The notes beneath the pieces were generated by a model, which was not told the origin of the DNA, searched no databases, and saw only the letters and a program-made list of their open reading frames with translations. Shown here piece by piece: positions 30,816-41,471 of a stretch of DNA of 55,601 bases; the first letter of the stretch is position 1, and every line of letters begins with the position of its first letter. The DNA lies in contig CP070798.1 of assembly GCA_020343515.1 (NCBI GenBank), forward strand, positions 83,488 through 139,088, in the 5' to 3' direction. The DNA comes from Thermoplasmatales archaeon (lineage in GTDB: Archaea > Thermoplasmatota > E2 > DHVEG-1). Position numbers and translations under genes: made by a program.

Positions 30816-31265
30816 ATGTCTGCTGCAGAGAAGGATATGGATGAAAATATACTAAAAACTAGATATCTTCGTGCATCTAAAATAATTGTATTACTAGCGG
30901 TAATATTCTCTATTTGGATCGTTTTTTATATAACTAGTGTGTATTTTCTAGGATTTGGGAACAAATGGGCACTTCTAACCATGGATCAATGGGTTCTATC
31001 AAGTGTCGTTGTTTTCAGTGTGTTTGTTGGCCTCGAAGTACTATTTGTTCTTCATCATTTCATGGTTAAAAGGAAAAGAATTGAAAGTGAAAAAACGAAA
31101 CCTCAATTATTTAAAGGGAAAAAATTACATGTATATACCCTTCCCATGGACTCAAAGGGAGGGATTTTCAGTAAAACCTTTATAAAAGTTGATGAGGACA
31201 ATATATTGAATTTGCGATTCCAGATGATTCCGCCATATGAGCTGTGGGGAAAAAAAGGAGAATAA
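30816..31265 (+). CDS. Hypothetical membrane protein (about 3 TM)
   Basis: ORF with hydrophobic segments. No family recognised. Confidence 0.5.
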   Translation: MSAAEKDMDENILKTRYLRASKIIVLLAVIFSIWIVFYITSVYFLGFGNKWALLTMDQWVLSSVVVFSVFVGLEVLFVLHHFMVKRKRIESEKTKPQLFKGKKLHVYTLPMDSKGGIFSKTFIKVDEDNILNLRFQMIPPYELWGKKGE

Positions 31266-31360
31266 AATTATTGGCTTAGTAGTTAATGCACTCATTCATT
31301 TTGACAATAAATGGTTCTACTAATTTAAAAGCCATTATTTTAGAATAAATTCCATAAACA

Positions 31361-31368
31361 TTTATATA
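31361..31368 (+). promoter_or_regulatory. TATA-like box TTTATATA, followed by a GGAGG Shine-Dalgarno at 31391-31395, before the 31403 ATG
   Basis: TATA box about 40 nt and SD 7 nt upstream of the start. Confidence 0.4.
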
Positions 31369-31402
31369 CTATCTATAGATATTAGTATAAGGAGGAAAAA
31401 AT

Positions 31403-32725
31403 ATGAAAAAGAATATCTATAAAAAAGGCTTAGTAGTTGGTATTATAATAATTTTTTTCGGCCTGGCTGTTATGCCAGCAATAGAAACATCAACTTTAAA
31501 TGACTACCCGCTTCCGCCGCCAACTCCTACGGAAATGATTCTTGAACAGTCTATTTTTAGAAGGTCATCAATAAGGGATTTTACTGATGAACTAGTTACA
31601 GATGAAGATTTATCTACAGTTCTTTGGGCTGCCTATGGCTATATCAACGATGAAAATCGAACTGTTCATGGAATTGACGGCATACATGCCGCCCATATCT
31701 ATGTATTAAAAGAAGATGCTGTCTATAAATACCACGCGTTAAACCATTCACTTATCTTCTATAAGACAGGAGATTATAGAGATATTGGACAATATGATGC
31801 TCCAATTCAAATAGGACTAGTATGGGATAAAAATAAAAGCAGTCAGGAAAATTATGTAGCTGCCGAAATCGGACAAATCGGTCAGAACATTCAGTTAATG
31901 GCAAATGCCCTTGACTTGGGAACAGTAGTTACGGTAGGATGGCCACTAGCAGAAATTGGTCTCCCCTCTAACGAAGTAGCAAAAATTATTATGCCTCTTG
32001 GTCATCCAAAGTATCCATATGATTTTATATATCTGCCTCTGGTATTATCATTTCTTCCTCGTATTAAATACTCCAACACGTCTCTAACGACTGCAATAGA
32101 AGAAAGAAACGAAGCAATATACTGGGAGGATAATTTAACAAAACAGGAGCAAACACAAGCAATATGGTCATCATATGGATTCTCATATCTGTTTGATAAC
32201 AGTGAATCTAGTTTAGATTACTATATAAGAAGGCATCGAACCGTTCCAAGTGCTCATGGATATTATCCATTACAAATGTACGCTGTAACTGAAACTGGAA
32301 TTTACAGATGTGTCCCCAATATCTATAACCCTTTATACGGATTTATAACTTTAATTTATGAAATATTTCCAAAATTTCCGATTCCAGTGTTGGCTTTTAT
32401 GCTTAAAATCAGAAAAGGGGACCATCGTGAGGAGATGGCTCAGTGTTCTTCTCAACCCTCTATTGCTTCAGCTCCTCTGCTCATTATTTCAGTTTTAAAT
32501 CTAAAAAAGACAAAGCCGATTGGGTGTGATGATTTTTCAGGCGAAGAATTTCGTTGGTTATGGTATTTTGAAGCAGGAGCATCAGCCTATAACGTCCTTT
32601 TAGAAGCAACGGCATGGAATCTCTCAGCAAACATTGTTCCCCCCACAAATATTGAATCCATCCGCTCTCTCCTTAAATTGAATGACAACTTCATACCCCT
32701 ACTTATTATGCCTGTGGGCAAATAA
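31403..32725 (+). CDS. N-terminally anchored/exported protein with two tandem nitroreductase-fold (SagB-type) domains
   Basis: Leader MKKNIYKKGLVVGIIIIFFGLAVMPAI. Domain 1 has FRRSSIRDFTDE...LWAAYG. Domain 2 has RRHRTVPSAHGYYPLQMY. Confidence 0.7.
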   Translation: MKKNIYKKGLVVGIIIIFFGLAVMPAIETSTLNDYPLPPPTPTEMILEQSIFRRSSIRDFTDELVTDEDLSTVLWAAYGYINDENRTVHGIDGIHAAHIYVLKEDAVYKYHALNHSLIFYKTGDYRDIGQYDAPIQIGLVWDKNKSSQENYVAAEIGQIGQNIQLMANALDLGTVVTVGWPLAEIGLPSNEVAKIIMPLGHPKYPYDFIYLPLVLSFLPRIKYSNTSLTTAIEERNEAIYWEDNLTKQEQTQAIWSSYGFSYLFDNSESSLDYYIRRHRTVPSAHGYYPLQMYAVTETGIYRCVPNIYNPLYGFITLIYEIFPKFPIPVLAFMLKIRKGDHREEMAQCSSQPSIASAPLLIISVLNLKKTKPIGCDDFSGEEFRWLWYFEAGASAYNVLLEATAWNLSANIVPPTNIESIRSLLKLNDNFIPLLIMPVGK

Positions 32726-32954
32726 ATAAGAAAGAAATTTGGGATTATAAAATGATTAACAATCTAATTATCTTTACGCCTTAGTATGCTCGAAGTGTTA
32801 TTAATTTGAAGAATTGAAATTCAAATGTAAGTAAAGTATTAAATGTTGCATTCGTTTTTTGCACTTTTTGTAAGATTTTTTCCAATTTACAATGCCAATA
32901 TTTAAAGCAAAAACGAAAAGTTTATTAAGTAGGATTAACAATTGTTAATATGTG

Positions 32955-33024
32955 GGGGTCTAGTCAAGAAAATATAATTCTGACCTAACTTTTTGCATTA
33001 TAATTTCCTCCCTGATTAGACCCC
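32955..33024. repeat. Inverted repeat GGGGTCTA ... TAGACCCC flanking about 54 nt, in a convergent intergenic region
   Basis: The arms at 32955-32962 and 33017-33024 are exact reverse complements. The interior contains TAGTCAAGA and TCTGACC, words shared with the 52192 and 54553 repeat. Confidence 0.4.
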
Positions 33025-33076
33025 TAACATTCAATCTCATTTCTTATATTAAATCTATAGCCTGTATATGGCTGTT

Positions 33077-33730
33077 TCATTTCTTGCCAGTTTTGTTGGA
33101 TGGATGAAGCTTTTTGACGTTGTTATTTTTATTTGTTTTTTTCGCAATAACAAGATACCTCCAATGGCGCTCATCTGGAAAAGCTAAAGAAATGTCGTGA
33201 AATCCTATATTTTTTAATTTTGCCATAACTTCATTATGAGGGAGATGGTATGTTTTTCCAACCGCAATTTCTTCAAATTTTTTAAAAATACTATTAAAAA
33301 ATCCTTTTGGAAAGAATAAATCCATGATAAATGCCTCCCCTTGGTTTTTTAAAACCCGGAAGGTTTCTTTTAAGACATTATCTTGCTCAGTTTTTTTCAT
33401 ATGATGTAATACATTTATTAACAAGGCAATGTCAAAGACTCCATCTTTAAATGGAATTGAAGAACCATTACCCTGAATAGTTGTGATTATAGGGCTTTTA
33501 GATCGCATCAGCATTTGTTTTGAAAGATCAACAACAGTAACAGAATCAACTTTGTTTATTATTGAATTTGCAATAAATCCTGTACCGCCGCCAACATCAA
33601 CCACATTTTGATTTTTCTTGAGGTTTAAATGGAGTCGTATTAACTTTAATGCTACTTGATAATCTCTGAGAAAATACTTTTCAATGAAATTATAACAAAA
33701 ATACACAGTATCAAATGAATGTTTTGACAT
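33077..33730 (-). CDS. Class I SAM-dependent methyltransferase
   Basis: VVDVGGGTGF (motif I) and a downstream acidic loop VVDLS. Confidence 0.8.
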   Translation of the reverse strand: MSKHSFDTVYFCYNFIEKYFLRDYQVALKLIRLHLNLKKNQNVVDVGGGTGFIANSIINKVDSVTVVDLSKQMLMRSKSPIITTIQGNGSSIPFKDGVFDIALLINVLHHMKKTEQDNVLKETFRVLKNQGEAFIMDLFFPKGFFNSIFKKFEEIAVGKTYHLPHNEVMAKLKNIGFHDISLAFPDERHWRYLVIAKKTNKNNNVKKLHPSNKTGKK

Positions 33731-33931
33731 AATTTTTCCTCTGTAAAATGGTTTCTGTATTTATAAATTAATTGTAGGTTGTTTTTCTTATGTGTTTTGT
33801 CTCTTCTCAGTTAGAGGCACGAGATTGATTTTCAAGTAAAAAAACAAGAGTATCGTGAAAAATGTTATATTTTTTATCGTTAATAAGATTTAAATATGTT
33901 AAATGCATTAACATTTTATAGGGAGGTATAA

Positions 33932-34735
33932 ATGCAACATAACTTACCTACAAAAGGAATTGCGGTTGCAGTAATAGTTTTATTTATTGGAATGAGTGTC
34001 CCATCAACTGGAAACATGGTATTTTTTGATGATATTACGCCCCCTGTTACCACTATATCATTTGACCCACCACATCCTGATGGAGATAACGGCTGGTATG
34101 TGAACAATGTTACTGTGACGTTGAATGCTACTGATGATGTGTCTGGAGTGAAAGCGATATATTACAAAATTCCTGGAGATGAATGGAGGAATCACACTGG
34201 AGATTTTCTAATTTTTATATTAGATTATGACTGTTTACAAGATGGTTTGATTGAATTTTATTCAGTTGATTACGCTGGAAATCAGGAGGAGACAAAATCA
34301 GTACTTATTAATATTGACCAACTTCCACCTGAAATAGAACTTGAGTGGGAGGTATGGAGGGAAGGTTGTAAATGGTGGGTTAGATTTACTAATATTGCTG
34401 AGGATGCATGTAGTGGTATGGACAGAGTAGAGTCCTTTATCGCCGATACGGAATACGAAATCGTTACTGGTGGAGGACCAACCTATACATTTGAAATCCT
34501 AATGTCGAAAGCATTAAAGCATATTACTTTCTCGTTCTATTGCTATGACGAGGCAGGAAATGTAGCTATCGAATCTGTAAATGGCTCAGAGATTAAATCC
34601 TACCCCAACAGTCAAAGTAGTAGTACCCAGCAGTCAAGTAATGTGTGGTTCCTACGGTTTCTCGAGCGATTTTCATTATCGAAAAGGTTGTTGAAACATC
34701 CAATATTCAATAGACTATTTTGTGTGAATACATAA
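33932..34735 (+). CDS. Secreted hypothetical protein with Ig-like repeat(s)
   Basis: Signal peptide. PPVTTISFDPPHPDGDNGWYVNNVTVTLNATDDVSGVKAIYYKI resembles Ig-like surface domains. GGGAGG SD before the ATG. Confidence 0.55.
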   Translation: MQHNLPTKGIAVAVIVLFIGMSVPSTGNMVFFDDITPPVTTISFDPPHPDGDNGWYVNNVTVTLNATDDVSGVKAIYYKIPGDEWRNHTGDFLIFILDYDCLQDGLIEFYSVDYAGNQEETKSVLINIDQLPPEIELEWEVWREGCKWWVRFTNIAEDACSGMDRVESFIADTEYEIVTGGGPTYTFEILMSKALKHITFSFYCYDEAGNVAIESVNGSEIKSYPNSQSSSTQQSSNVWFLRFLERFSLSKRLLKHPIFNRLFCVNT

Positions 34736-34746
34736 CGTTTACAAAA

Positions 34747-35844
34747 TTATTTTTTTATCATTCCCATTTCTGCGAGTTTTTCTGGGAGATATGTATCGGT
34801 GACATAATCCAGACCGTATTTTGCCAGGGCCTGTTGTTCAGATTTTTTACCCAGATTTAACTGTAGTTTAATCTCCTGTTTCCAGAATGATTCTTGAAAT
34901 CGAGGATCAGTCAGTTCACTTTTTAACGCGTGAATATCTTCCTTTGTTAATTTATCAGTTGGAAGTTTATAGTTCTCAATATCTGAGGGTGTTACACCAA
35001 GAAATTGAGCTCCAGGTGTAGCAAGATATTCAGAGATATGCGCGGTTTTTATAGCACCATATGCTACACTTCCAAAGATTCTATAACTCCAAGGATCACA
35101 ATCAGTAAAAACGAGAACAGGAAGTTTATTCTCCTCATGTAAACGCTTAATGAACCGTCTCGTTGATCGAGCAGGTTGTCCCTTTAAATGAACAAGAATA
35201 GATCTGTTTGATGTATCAAAACCGTTCTCAACAAGTCGATCGAACATACCACCAGTTTCAACTGCAAGAACAAAGTCAGCATCTACCCCTTTAAATGATA
35301 GTTTTTCTGGTTCAACATTATATGGGATAGAGTAACCTGAGTCACCTACATCATCTTGACAATGGATTTTCTTTTTCGTTTTATTACGAGTCACCTCTTC
35401 AACGGTAAGATTACCAATAACCCGCGCGCCATCTTCCTCTGGCCTGAGTTTAAAATCCTCTCTCATGCAACTCGTAATCACTTCTAGATCCTCTGCAAGC
35501 GAATCTGATTCTGGCTGGGAATTGAATTTTGCAAGATCCCATCCTTCAGAGATATAGTACATCTCTCTAAGTGTCGATGATTTGTTTGCCTTTATCATAT
35601 CCTTAATAAAATCTACCATATACATGGTGCGAAGCATCATATAAGCCCCGTCTAGTGATTTCGCTGATCTCTCGGTCATATTTTTTCCATATTTCCACAC
35701 GTTTAATTTTTGGTCAAATTGAATATTGGATTTGGTACGTGAGGGAAGCTGCAGATAAGGAATTTCTGAAACCGTAAGATCGTCATAAACCTTTGACGCG
35801 ATCGAATCAATCCTTCCAATCACCTTAGTATAATCACGTGTCAT
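34747..35844 (-). CDS. top6A: DNA topoisomerase VI subunit A (Spo11-like)
   Basis: Toprim ETGGMF and [10 protein letters not shown], with a winged-helix catalytic region. Confidence 0.9.
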   Translation of the reverse strand: MTRDYTKVIGRIDSIASKVYDDLTVSEIPYLQLPSRTKSNIQFDQKLNVWKYGKNMTERSAKSLDGAYMMLRTMYMVDFIKDMIKANKSSTLREMYYISEGWDLAKFNSQPESDSLAEDLEVITSCMREDFKLRPEEDGARVIGNLTVEEVTRNKTKKKIHCQDDVGDSGYSIPYNVEPEKLSFKGVDADFVLAVETGGMFDRLVENGFDTSNRSILVHLKGQPARSTRRFIKRLHEENKLPVLVFTDCDPWSYRIFGSVAYGAIKTAHISEYLATPGAQFLGVTPSDIENYKLPTDKLTKEDIHALKSELTDPRFQESFWKQEIKLQLNLGKKSEQQALAKYGLDYVTDTYLPEKLAEMGMIKK

Positions 35845-35846
35845 TA

Positions 35847-37778
35847 TTACTCACCTTCCCATTTATCAGCCCCTATAACATATGAGGCATTGATACTCTC
35901 AATATATAAATCGTTTTCATCAAAATCGCCTTTGTCTAATCCTGCAAGCTCAAAAAATATATCTATTTTGTCGGCGGGCGAAATAGTGTCAAGATTCCAT
36001 TTTATGAAATTATTAGTTATTTTCATTGGTTTCGGTGTAACTGTTCCAACAACAGCATCTTCAGGTATCAACGCATAGAGCTTAAATTTCTGCGGTTTAT
36101 TCTTATAATTCACAACCATGATTGTACTCTTTGTAATCCAACCCCCTTCACGTTTTTCAGTAGAATCATCAAATAAGGTTGACTGAACAGGCTCCGGCGA
36201 AGTTTTTTCATATTCAATTAGATCCTCAATCCATACAACATCCATTATCTTTGTTATCACTTTGTCAAGAGAGGGTACTGGTTTATCCAGCATATTTGAA
36301 GATTTTTTTGCTATCTCAGGTAAAATTTTGGTAATTAACTCAAATTTTTCTCTTGTTTTCACCCGCCGCACTTTTTTATTTATATGGCTCTGCACCTTTC
36401 GTGCACACTCTCTAAATGCAAGCTTAATCTCGTTTTCTATTTCTGGAATGTCTGCTATTGCTTCTTTGCTCTCAGAAGTAAAGGGAATGAGAGTAGAGGA
36501 AACATGGGTTAAAAAAATTGCAGGGCCCGAGGGTATACCCCTCCCAGAAGACTGCTCAAGGCCATACCTCCGCCAGTCTATAGATGATATTGCAGAAGTT
36601 GAAACACAATCACCCTGTTGATATAAGAGGGGAACGCGGTTGGCAAACCTCATTAGTTTGACAGGTTTATCTTTTGACAGACTACCTCCATAAACAATTC
36701 CTACCTCAGTTTGAAAAGGATTACCTGAATATACAGAGGCAGGCCTTGATGCCGTGACTATAAACTCAGGTGAAATTTCCTGAGTCTCATGCTTCAAGCT
36801 ACGCTTTATTAAAGTCTCGCCAATGGGTGAGAGGCAATCAGTATTAGGGGCCATAATTTTGACTTTTTTAAACGCTTTATGCAAGGCTAAAAATTGCTCT
36901 CTAGACATATCCTTGGGATTGAGATCTTTACTGAGCTGAGATTTTTCACATACTGCATTGGTGGTTCTATCACCCATGCTGCTAAATTCACTCTTTAAAA
37001 ACGAGGACAATTTTCTACTCTTAGTATTCTTGCTCATTTTTATCAGAGTTCCAAGTTCAACACCATGAGGATGCGGTTTAATCTCAATGCACTTTGAGGG
37101 CAACATTTCAGATGTCCTTTCAAACAAATGCTCAGTTCCATCAGGTTCCTTAAAAGTTATTTGTGCGTGTGGATTAACAATGGATACGCTTTGCAGATAA
37201 TCATATACAAAACGTTTCCCACGTGTATAGTCTGCTACAATACTTATCTCAAGTCTAGTACCAGATGGTTTATCCCAGTGTATAATGTCTCTGTTTACGA
37301 CTTCGGCACGGTTTTTGTTCGTATCAATTGCAAGCTCTGTAACTGTAGCGGGTCGATCCTCTTGGATTTTTGAAATAACCTTCGCATGTTTACCAGTTGT
37401 TAGTTGCCCATACAATACAACAGCTGAAATACCAATTCCCTGCTGTCCTCTACTCTGTCTAACAGCATGAAATCGGGAACCATAAAGCAACCTCCCAAAA
37501 ATATGGGGAATCTGATTTTTTACAATACCCGGACCGTTGTCTTCGATAATAACCTTACATTCACCCTCCTCATGATTTCTAATTTCAACATACACTTCAG
37601 GTAGAATGCTAGATTCTTCGCAGGCATCTAAAATATTATCGACTCCCTCTTTTACACTTGTAAGAAGGGCTCTTGTTGGATTTCCAAAACCTAGGATGTG
37701 TTTGTTTCTTTCGAAGAATTCTGCTACCGATATTTCTTTTTGTTTTTTTGCCAACTTATGTGCGATTACTTCTGTCAA
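35847..37778 (-). CDS. top6B: DNA topoisomerase VI subunit B
   Basis: GHKL/Bergerat ATPase boxes EGVDNILDA and DNGPGI, followed by a transducer domain. It lies directly upstream of top6A. Confidence 0.9.
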   Translation of the reverse strand: MTEVIAHKLAKKQKEISVAEFFERNKHILGFGNPTRALLTSVKEGVDNILDACEESSILPEVYVEIRNHEEGECKVIIEDNGPGIVKNQIPHIFGRLLYGSRFHAVRQSRGQQGIGISAVVLYGQLTTGKHAKVISKIQEDRPATVTELAIDTNKNRAEVVNRDIIHWDKPSGTRLEISIVADYTRGKRFVYDYLQSVSIVNPHAQITFKEPDGTEHLFERTSEMLPSKCIEIKPHPHGVELGTLIKMSKNTKSRKLSSFLKSEFSSMGDRTTNAVCEKSQLSKDLNPKDMSREQFLALHKAFKKVKIMAPNTDCLSPIGETLIKRSLKHETQEISPEFIVTASRPASVYSGNPFQTEVGIVYGGSLSKDKPVKLMRFANRVPLLYQQGDCVSTSAISSIDWRRYGLEQSSGRGIPSGPAIFLTHVSSTLIPFTSESKEAIADIPEIENEIKLAFRECARKVQSHINKKVRRVKTREKFELITKILPEIAKKSSNMLDKPVPSLDKVITKIMDVVWIEDLIEYEKTSPEPVQSTLFDDSTEKREGGWITKSTIMVVNYKNKPQKFKLYALIPEDAVVGTVTPKPMKITNNFIKWNLDTISPADKIDIFFELAGLDKGDFDENDLYIESINASYVIGADKWEGE

Positions 37779-37969
37779 AATCTATCCTCCTAGTCGGGAT
37801 AAACAGCCATCCAGACATGTAATCTGTACTATAATTATAAAATTATTGTATATTTGCATTTCAGTATTGAAAAATTATTTTTATAGTTTTAACAATATTT
37901 AATTTGACGAGGAATATTAAGTAATGTTTATAAGTAGAAATTTACTTTGACCTCCTAAAATCCACTCCT

Positions 37970-40705
37970 ATGAGGAAGACAATGCCAGTATACAACCAAA
38001 AAGCTTTGGAAGAGAAATGGCAAAAAAAATGGCAAGAAATGGAAATCTATCATTATGATTTTGATAGTGATAAACAACCATATAGTATAGACGTTCCACC
38101 TCGATATGCATCTGGTCCGCTACATGCAGGCCATGCCGTCCATTACACCCATATAGATTTTGCTGCTCGTTACAAAAGAATGAAAGGCTACAATGTTTTC
38201 TTTCCATTATGTTTTGATGTCAACGGTATACCCATTGAAGAACGTGTTGAAAGAAAGCTGAACATAACTAGAAAGGATATTGACAGACACGAATTCATAA
38301 AACTCTGTTCTGATTTCGCTGAAAAGAATATTGAAACCATGACTAACCAGTTTATTCGACTTGGCGAAAGCATGGACCCAACAATATACTATCAAACAAA
38401 TGCAGAATATTACCGTAGGATTACCCAAATATCGTTTATTGAACTATACAATAAAGGACATATTTACAAGGGCGAATTCCCAGTTAATTGGTGCCCACGT
38501 TGCATTACAGCAATGGCAGATGCTGAGGTCACTTATACAGATAGAACTACGAAGCTTAATACAATTAAGTTTTACTTTAAAAAACAACCATCCGAGCAGA
38601 TTTTTAAATACCATAGCATTGGAAAAGACAAAAAGGGTGCATATGTTGAGATTGCTACAACAAGACCTGAAATGTTACCTTCTTGTCAACTAGTAGCTGT
38701 TCATCCAACAGACGAGCGTGCTCCATGGCTTGTTGATAAAATACTTGTTGTTCCATTGTTTGATAAAGAAGTAAAAATTGTTGAGGACGATGCTGTTGAT
38801 CCTGGGTTTGGCTCTGGTATTGTCATGGTTTGTACGGTAGGTGACAAAGAGGATCTCAATTGGGTATTCAAATATAAACTGCCTATTGAAATGAGCATTG
38901 ATGAAGAAGGATGCATGACAGAAATCTGTGGAGAATACAAAGGAATGAAAATAGAAGATGCTAGAAATGCTGTTATTAAAGATCTAAAGAAAAATGACAT
39001 TCTGATTAAACAGGAGCCTTTGGATCAAAATGTTGGTGTATGCTGGCGTTGTAAAACACCTGTCGAATTCATCAATGCAGAACAATGGTTTTTGAAAACA
39101 ACTGATTTTAAAAAAATGGTTTTAGAAAAAAGCGATGAGATGAACTGGTACCCAGAATTTATGAAAATAAGATTGGAAGACTGGGTTAACAGCCTTGAGT
39201 GGGACTGGGTTATTAGCCGTCAACGTTATTTTGCAACACCAATACCACTCTGGGAATGTGAAAAATGTAATGAGGTAGTACTTGCAAGGATTCCTGAAGA
39301 TTGCCATATTGATCCGACAATTGACAAACCACCAGTTGATAAATGTCCTAAATGTGGTGGAAAACTCATAGGCTGTGAAGATGTTTTTGACACATGGATG
39401 GACTCATCCATTTCACCGCTTTTCAACACTTTTTGGCATCGGGATGATAAGAAATTCAAAAATCTTTATCCAATGTCATTAAGACCACAGGCTCATGATA
39501 TTATTCGAACATGGGCATTTTATACGATACTACGATGCAGTCTTTTAACAAAAGAAAAACCCTTTGAAAACATGATGATGGGAGGATTTATTCTTTCAGA
39601 AGATGGAACCCCAATGCATGCAAGCCTTGGAAATGTAATTGATCCACTTAAAATTATAAATGAACATGGTAGCGATGCATTTCGAAGTTATGCAGCAAGC
39701 TGTGCTTTAGGGGCGGATAGTCCCTTTAGAACAAAGGATGTAATAAGAGGTACAAGACTTCTACGGAAAATATGGAATTTACAGAAATTTATAGGCATTG
39801 CTATCGGTGATACTAAACCTAAGGATATTAGACTTAAAGAATATGATGACAATGATGACAAAAGAATTCTTTCAGAATATAGTAAACTAGTCGAGAAATG
39901 TACCAAACTAATGGACAAATTTGAATATTCAAAGGCAATAAAGGAAATTGAATATTTTCTTTGGTACGAGTTAGCCCCTCATTATATTGAGTTGGATAAA
40001 TCAGCAATTTATAAAAGAAAAGATATCGAAGGTAGATTATTTACGTTGTATCATGTGGGGTTGGGGATTTTAAGACTATTCGCACCGTTTTTTCCACATA
40101 TAACAGAAGAAATCTATCAAAAACAATATAAACAATTTGAAAAAGATGAAAGCATTCACATTTCCTCATGGCCCAAACCAATATTCTATGACAAAGAAGC
40201 AGTGAAAAAAGGCTTAGAAGTGAAAAATTACACAGATGCTGCAAGATCTAAAGCAAGTGCAAAGGGAATACCATTAAATGCTTTCTATCCTTCAGGTGCT
40301 ACTTATTCAGCGGATAAAGCTAAAATTGATAAAATAAAACCTAGTGGATTAAAAATTATATCAACATTAAATTATCCTTCTAACCATGAGTTTATATATG
40401 AACCAGATATTCAACAAAAAATTATTGCAATCACACCAGTCTATTCAAAAATTGGTCCCTTGTTTAAAAAGGAGAGTAAAAAAATTATAAAATGGATAAA
40501 AGAAAATCAGGATGAACTAATTAAGAAAATAAATGAAAATGGAGATGTTTATTGGTCTGATATTCCTTATACCGGTTCGAAGAAATCTAAGGGATTGATT
40601 AATGAGGGTTTTATCAACGTTATTAGAGAAGCAGCAATTGAGGGAAAGGACGGCATCAAGCTTGAGCATTTGTATGATGATGTTTATAGATCGATAGATG
40701 ATTAA
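37970..40705 (+). CDS. valS: Valine--tRNA ligase (KMSKS loop reads PMHAS)
   Basis: PPRYASGPLHAGH (HIGH), DVNGIPIE, ISRQRYFATPIPLW, DVFDTWMDSS, LRPQAHDIIRTWAFYT and ...GTPMHASLGNVIDP. Confidence 0.85.
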   Translation: MRKTMPVYNQKALEEKWQKKWQEMEIYHYDFDSDKQPYSIDVPPRYASGPLHAGHAVHYTHIDFAARYKRMKGYNVFFPLCFDVNGIPIEERVERKLNITRKDIDRHEFIKLCSDFAEKNIETMTNQFIRLGESMDPTIYYQTNAEYYRRITQISFIELYNKGHIYKGEFPVNWCPRCITAMADAEVTYTDRTTKLNTIKFYFKKQPSEQIFKYHSIGKDKKGAYVEIATTRPEMLPSCQLVAVHPTDERAPWLVDKILVVPLFDKEVKIVEDDAVDPGFGSGIVMVCTVGDKEDLNWVFKYKLPIEMSIDEEGCMTEICGEYKGMKIEDARNAVIKDLKKNDILIKQEPLDQNVGVCWRCKTPVEFINAEQWFLKTTDFKKMVLEKSDEMNWYPEFMKIRLEDWVNSLEWDWVISRQRYFATPIPLWECEKCNEVVLARIPEDCHIDPTIDKPPVDKCPKCGGKLIGCEDVFDTWMDSSISPLFNTFWHRDDKKFKNLYPMSLRPQAHDIIRTWAFYTILRCSLLTKEKPFENMMMGGFILSEDGTPMHASLGNVIDPLKIINEHGSDAFRSYAASCALGADSPFRTKDVIRGTRLLRKIWNLQKFIGIAIGDTKPKDIRLKEYDDNDDKRILSEYSKLVEKCTKLMDKFEYSKAIKEIEYFLWYELAPHYIELDKSAIYKRKDIEGRLFTLYHVGLGILRLFAPFFPHITEEIYQKQYKQFEKDESIHISSWPKPIFYDKEAVKKGLEVKNYTDAARSKASAKGIPLNAFYPSGATYSADKAKIDKIKPSGLKIISTLNYPSNHEFIYEPDIQQKIIAITPVYSKIGPLFKKESKKIIKWIKENQDELIKKINENGDVYWSDIPYTGSKKSKGLINEGFINVIREAAIEGKDGIKLEHLYDDVYRSIDD

Positions 40706-40716
40706 TTGGAGGAAAA

Positions 40717-40824
40717 ATGAAAATTAATAAGAAAACATTAAAGAGCTGGGCTGTTAAAATTATTGCAATCCTTATTGTGTTAACAATGATTCTGACAGGC
40801 TTTGTCGTCATCTTTTGGAAATAA
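40717..40824 (+). CDS. Possible 35-aa single-TM micro-protein
   Basis: GGAGG lies 5 nt upstream of the ATG, directly after valS. Translation MKINKKTLKSWAVKIIAILIVLTMILTGFVVIFWK. Too short for independent support. Confidence 0.3.
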   Translation: MKINKKTLKSWAVKIIAILIVLTMILTGFVVIFWK

Positions 40825-40885
40825 TCCTTTATTTTCTCGATAGCTTTTTAAATAATTGTTATATTCAGCCGAGCTGTGACCTAGG

Positions 40886-41465
40886 ATGGCAGAGAAGAAC
40901 GTTTTGGCAAATCCGGCACCATTAGGTTTAATGGGTTTTGGGATGACAACAGTACTATTGAACATACACAATGCTGGCTTCTTAGTACTGGGTTCAATGA
41001 TACTTGCAATGGGAATTTTTTATGGTGGTATGGCACAAGTAATCGCAGGTGTTTTAGAGTACAGAAAAGGAAATACATTTGGTGTAACAGCATTCTCCTC
41101 ATATGGATTGTTTTGGCTGAACCTAGTGGGATTGATTGTAATGCCACACGTTATTCCAGGTGTTAGCCCTCCAGATTCAAATGCGATGGCGGCGTACTTC
41201 TTTATGTGGGGTTTGTTTACATTCATGATGTTTATCTCCACCTTGAAGAAAAATAAGGCATTGCAGTTTGTGTTCATATCTCTAGCAGTTTTATTTTGGC
41301 TGTTGACGCTCAGCGATTTAACAGGAAATACTACGATAACAATAATTTGCGGGATATGAAGGCATTATCTGTGGATTAAGCGCGATTTACCTAGCCATGG
41401 CCGAGGTTATAAATGAAAACTATGGAAAAATCATTCTACCAATAGGTGGTCCGACGATAAAATAA
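40886..41465 (+). pseudogene. GPR1/FUN34/YaaH (SatP-type) acetate/succinate channel gene, interrupted by a frameshift near 41340
   Basis: Frame 1 gives [18 protein letters not shown]... and stops at 41357-41359. The conserved C terminus [34 protein letters not shown] continues in the +1 frame from 41346 to 41465. Confidence 0.75.
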
Positions 41466-41471
41466 AAAAAA

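Noticed and set aside
38361-38693. 110-aa plus-strand ORF, plus several 60-100-aa ORFs on both strands within 37970-40705
   Set aside because: All lie inside the valS coding region in other frames. The same reasoning applies to the small ORFs inside ileS, the AOR gene, top6B and pheT.
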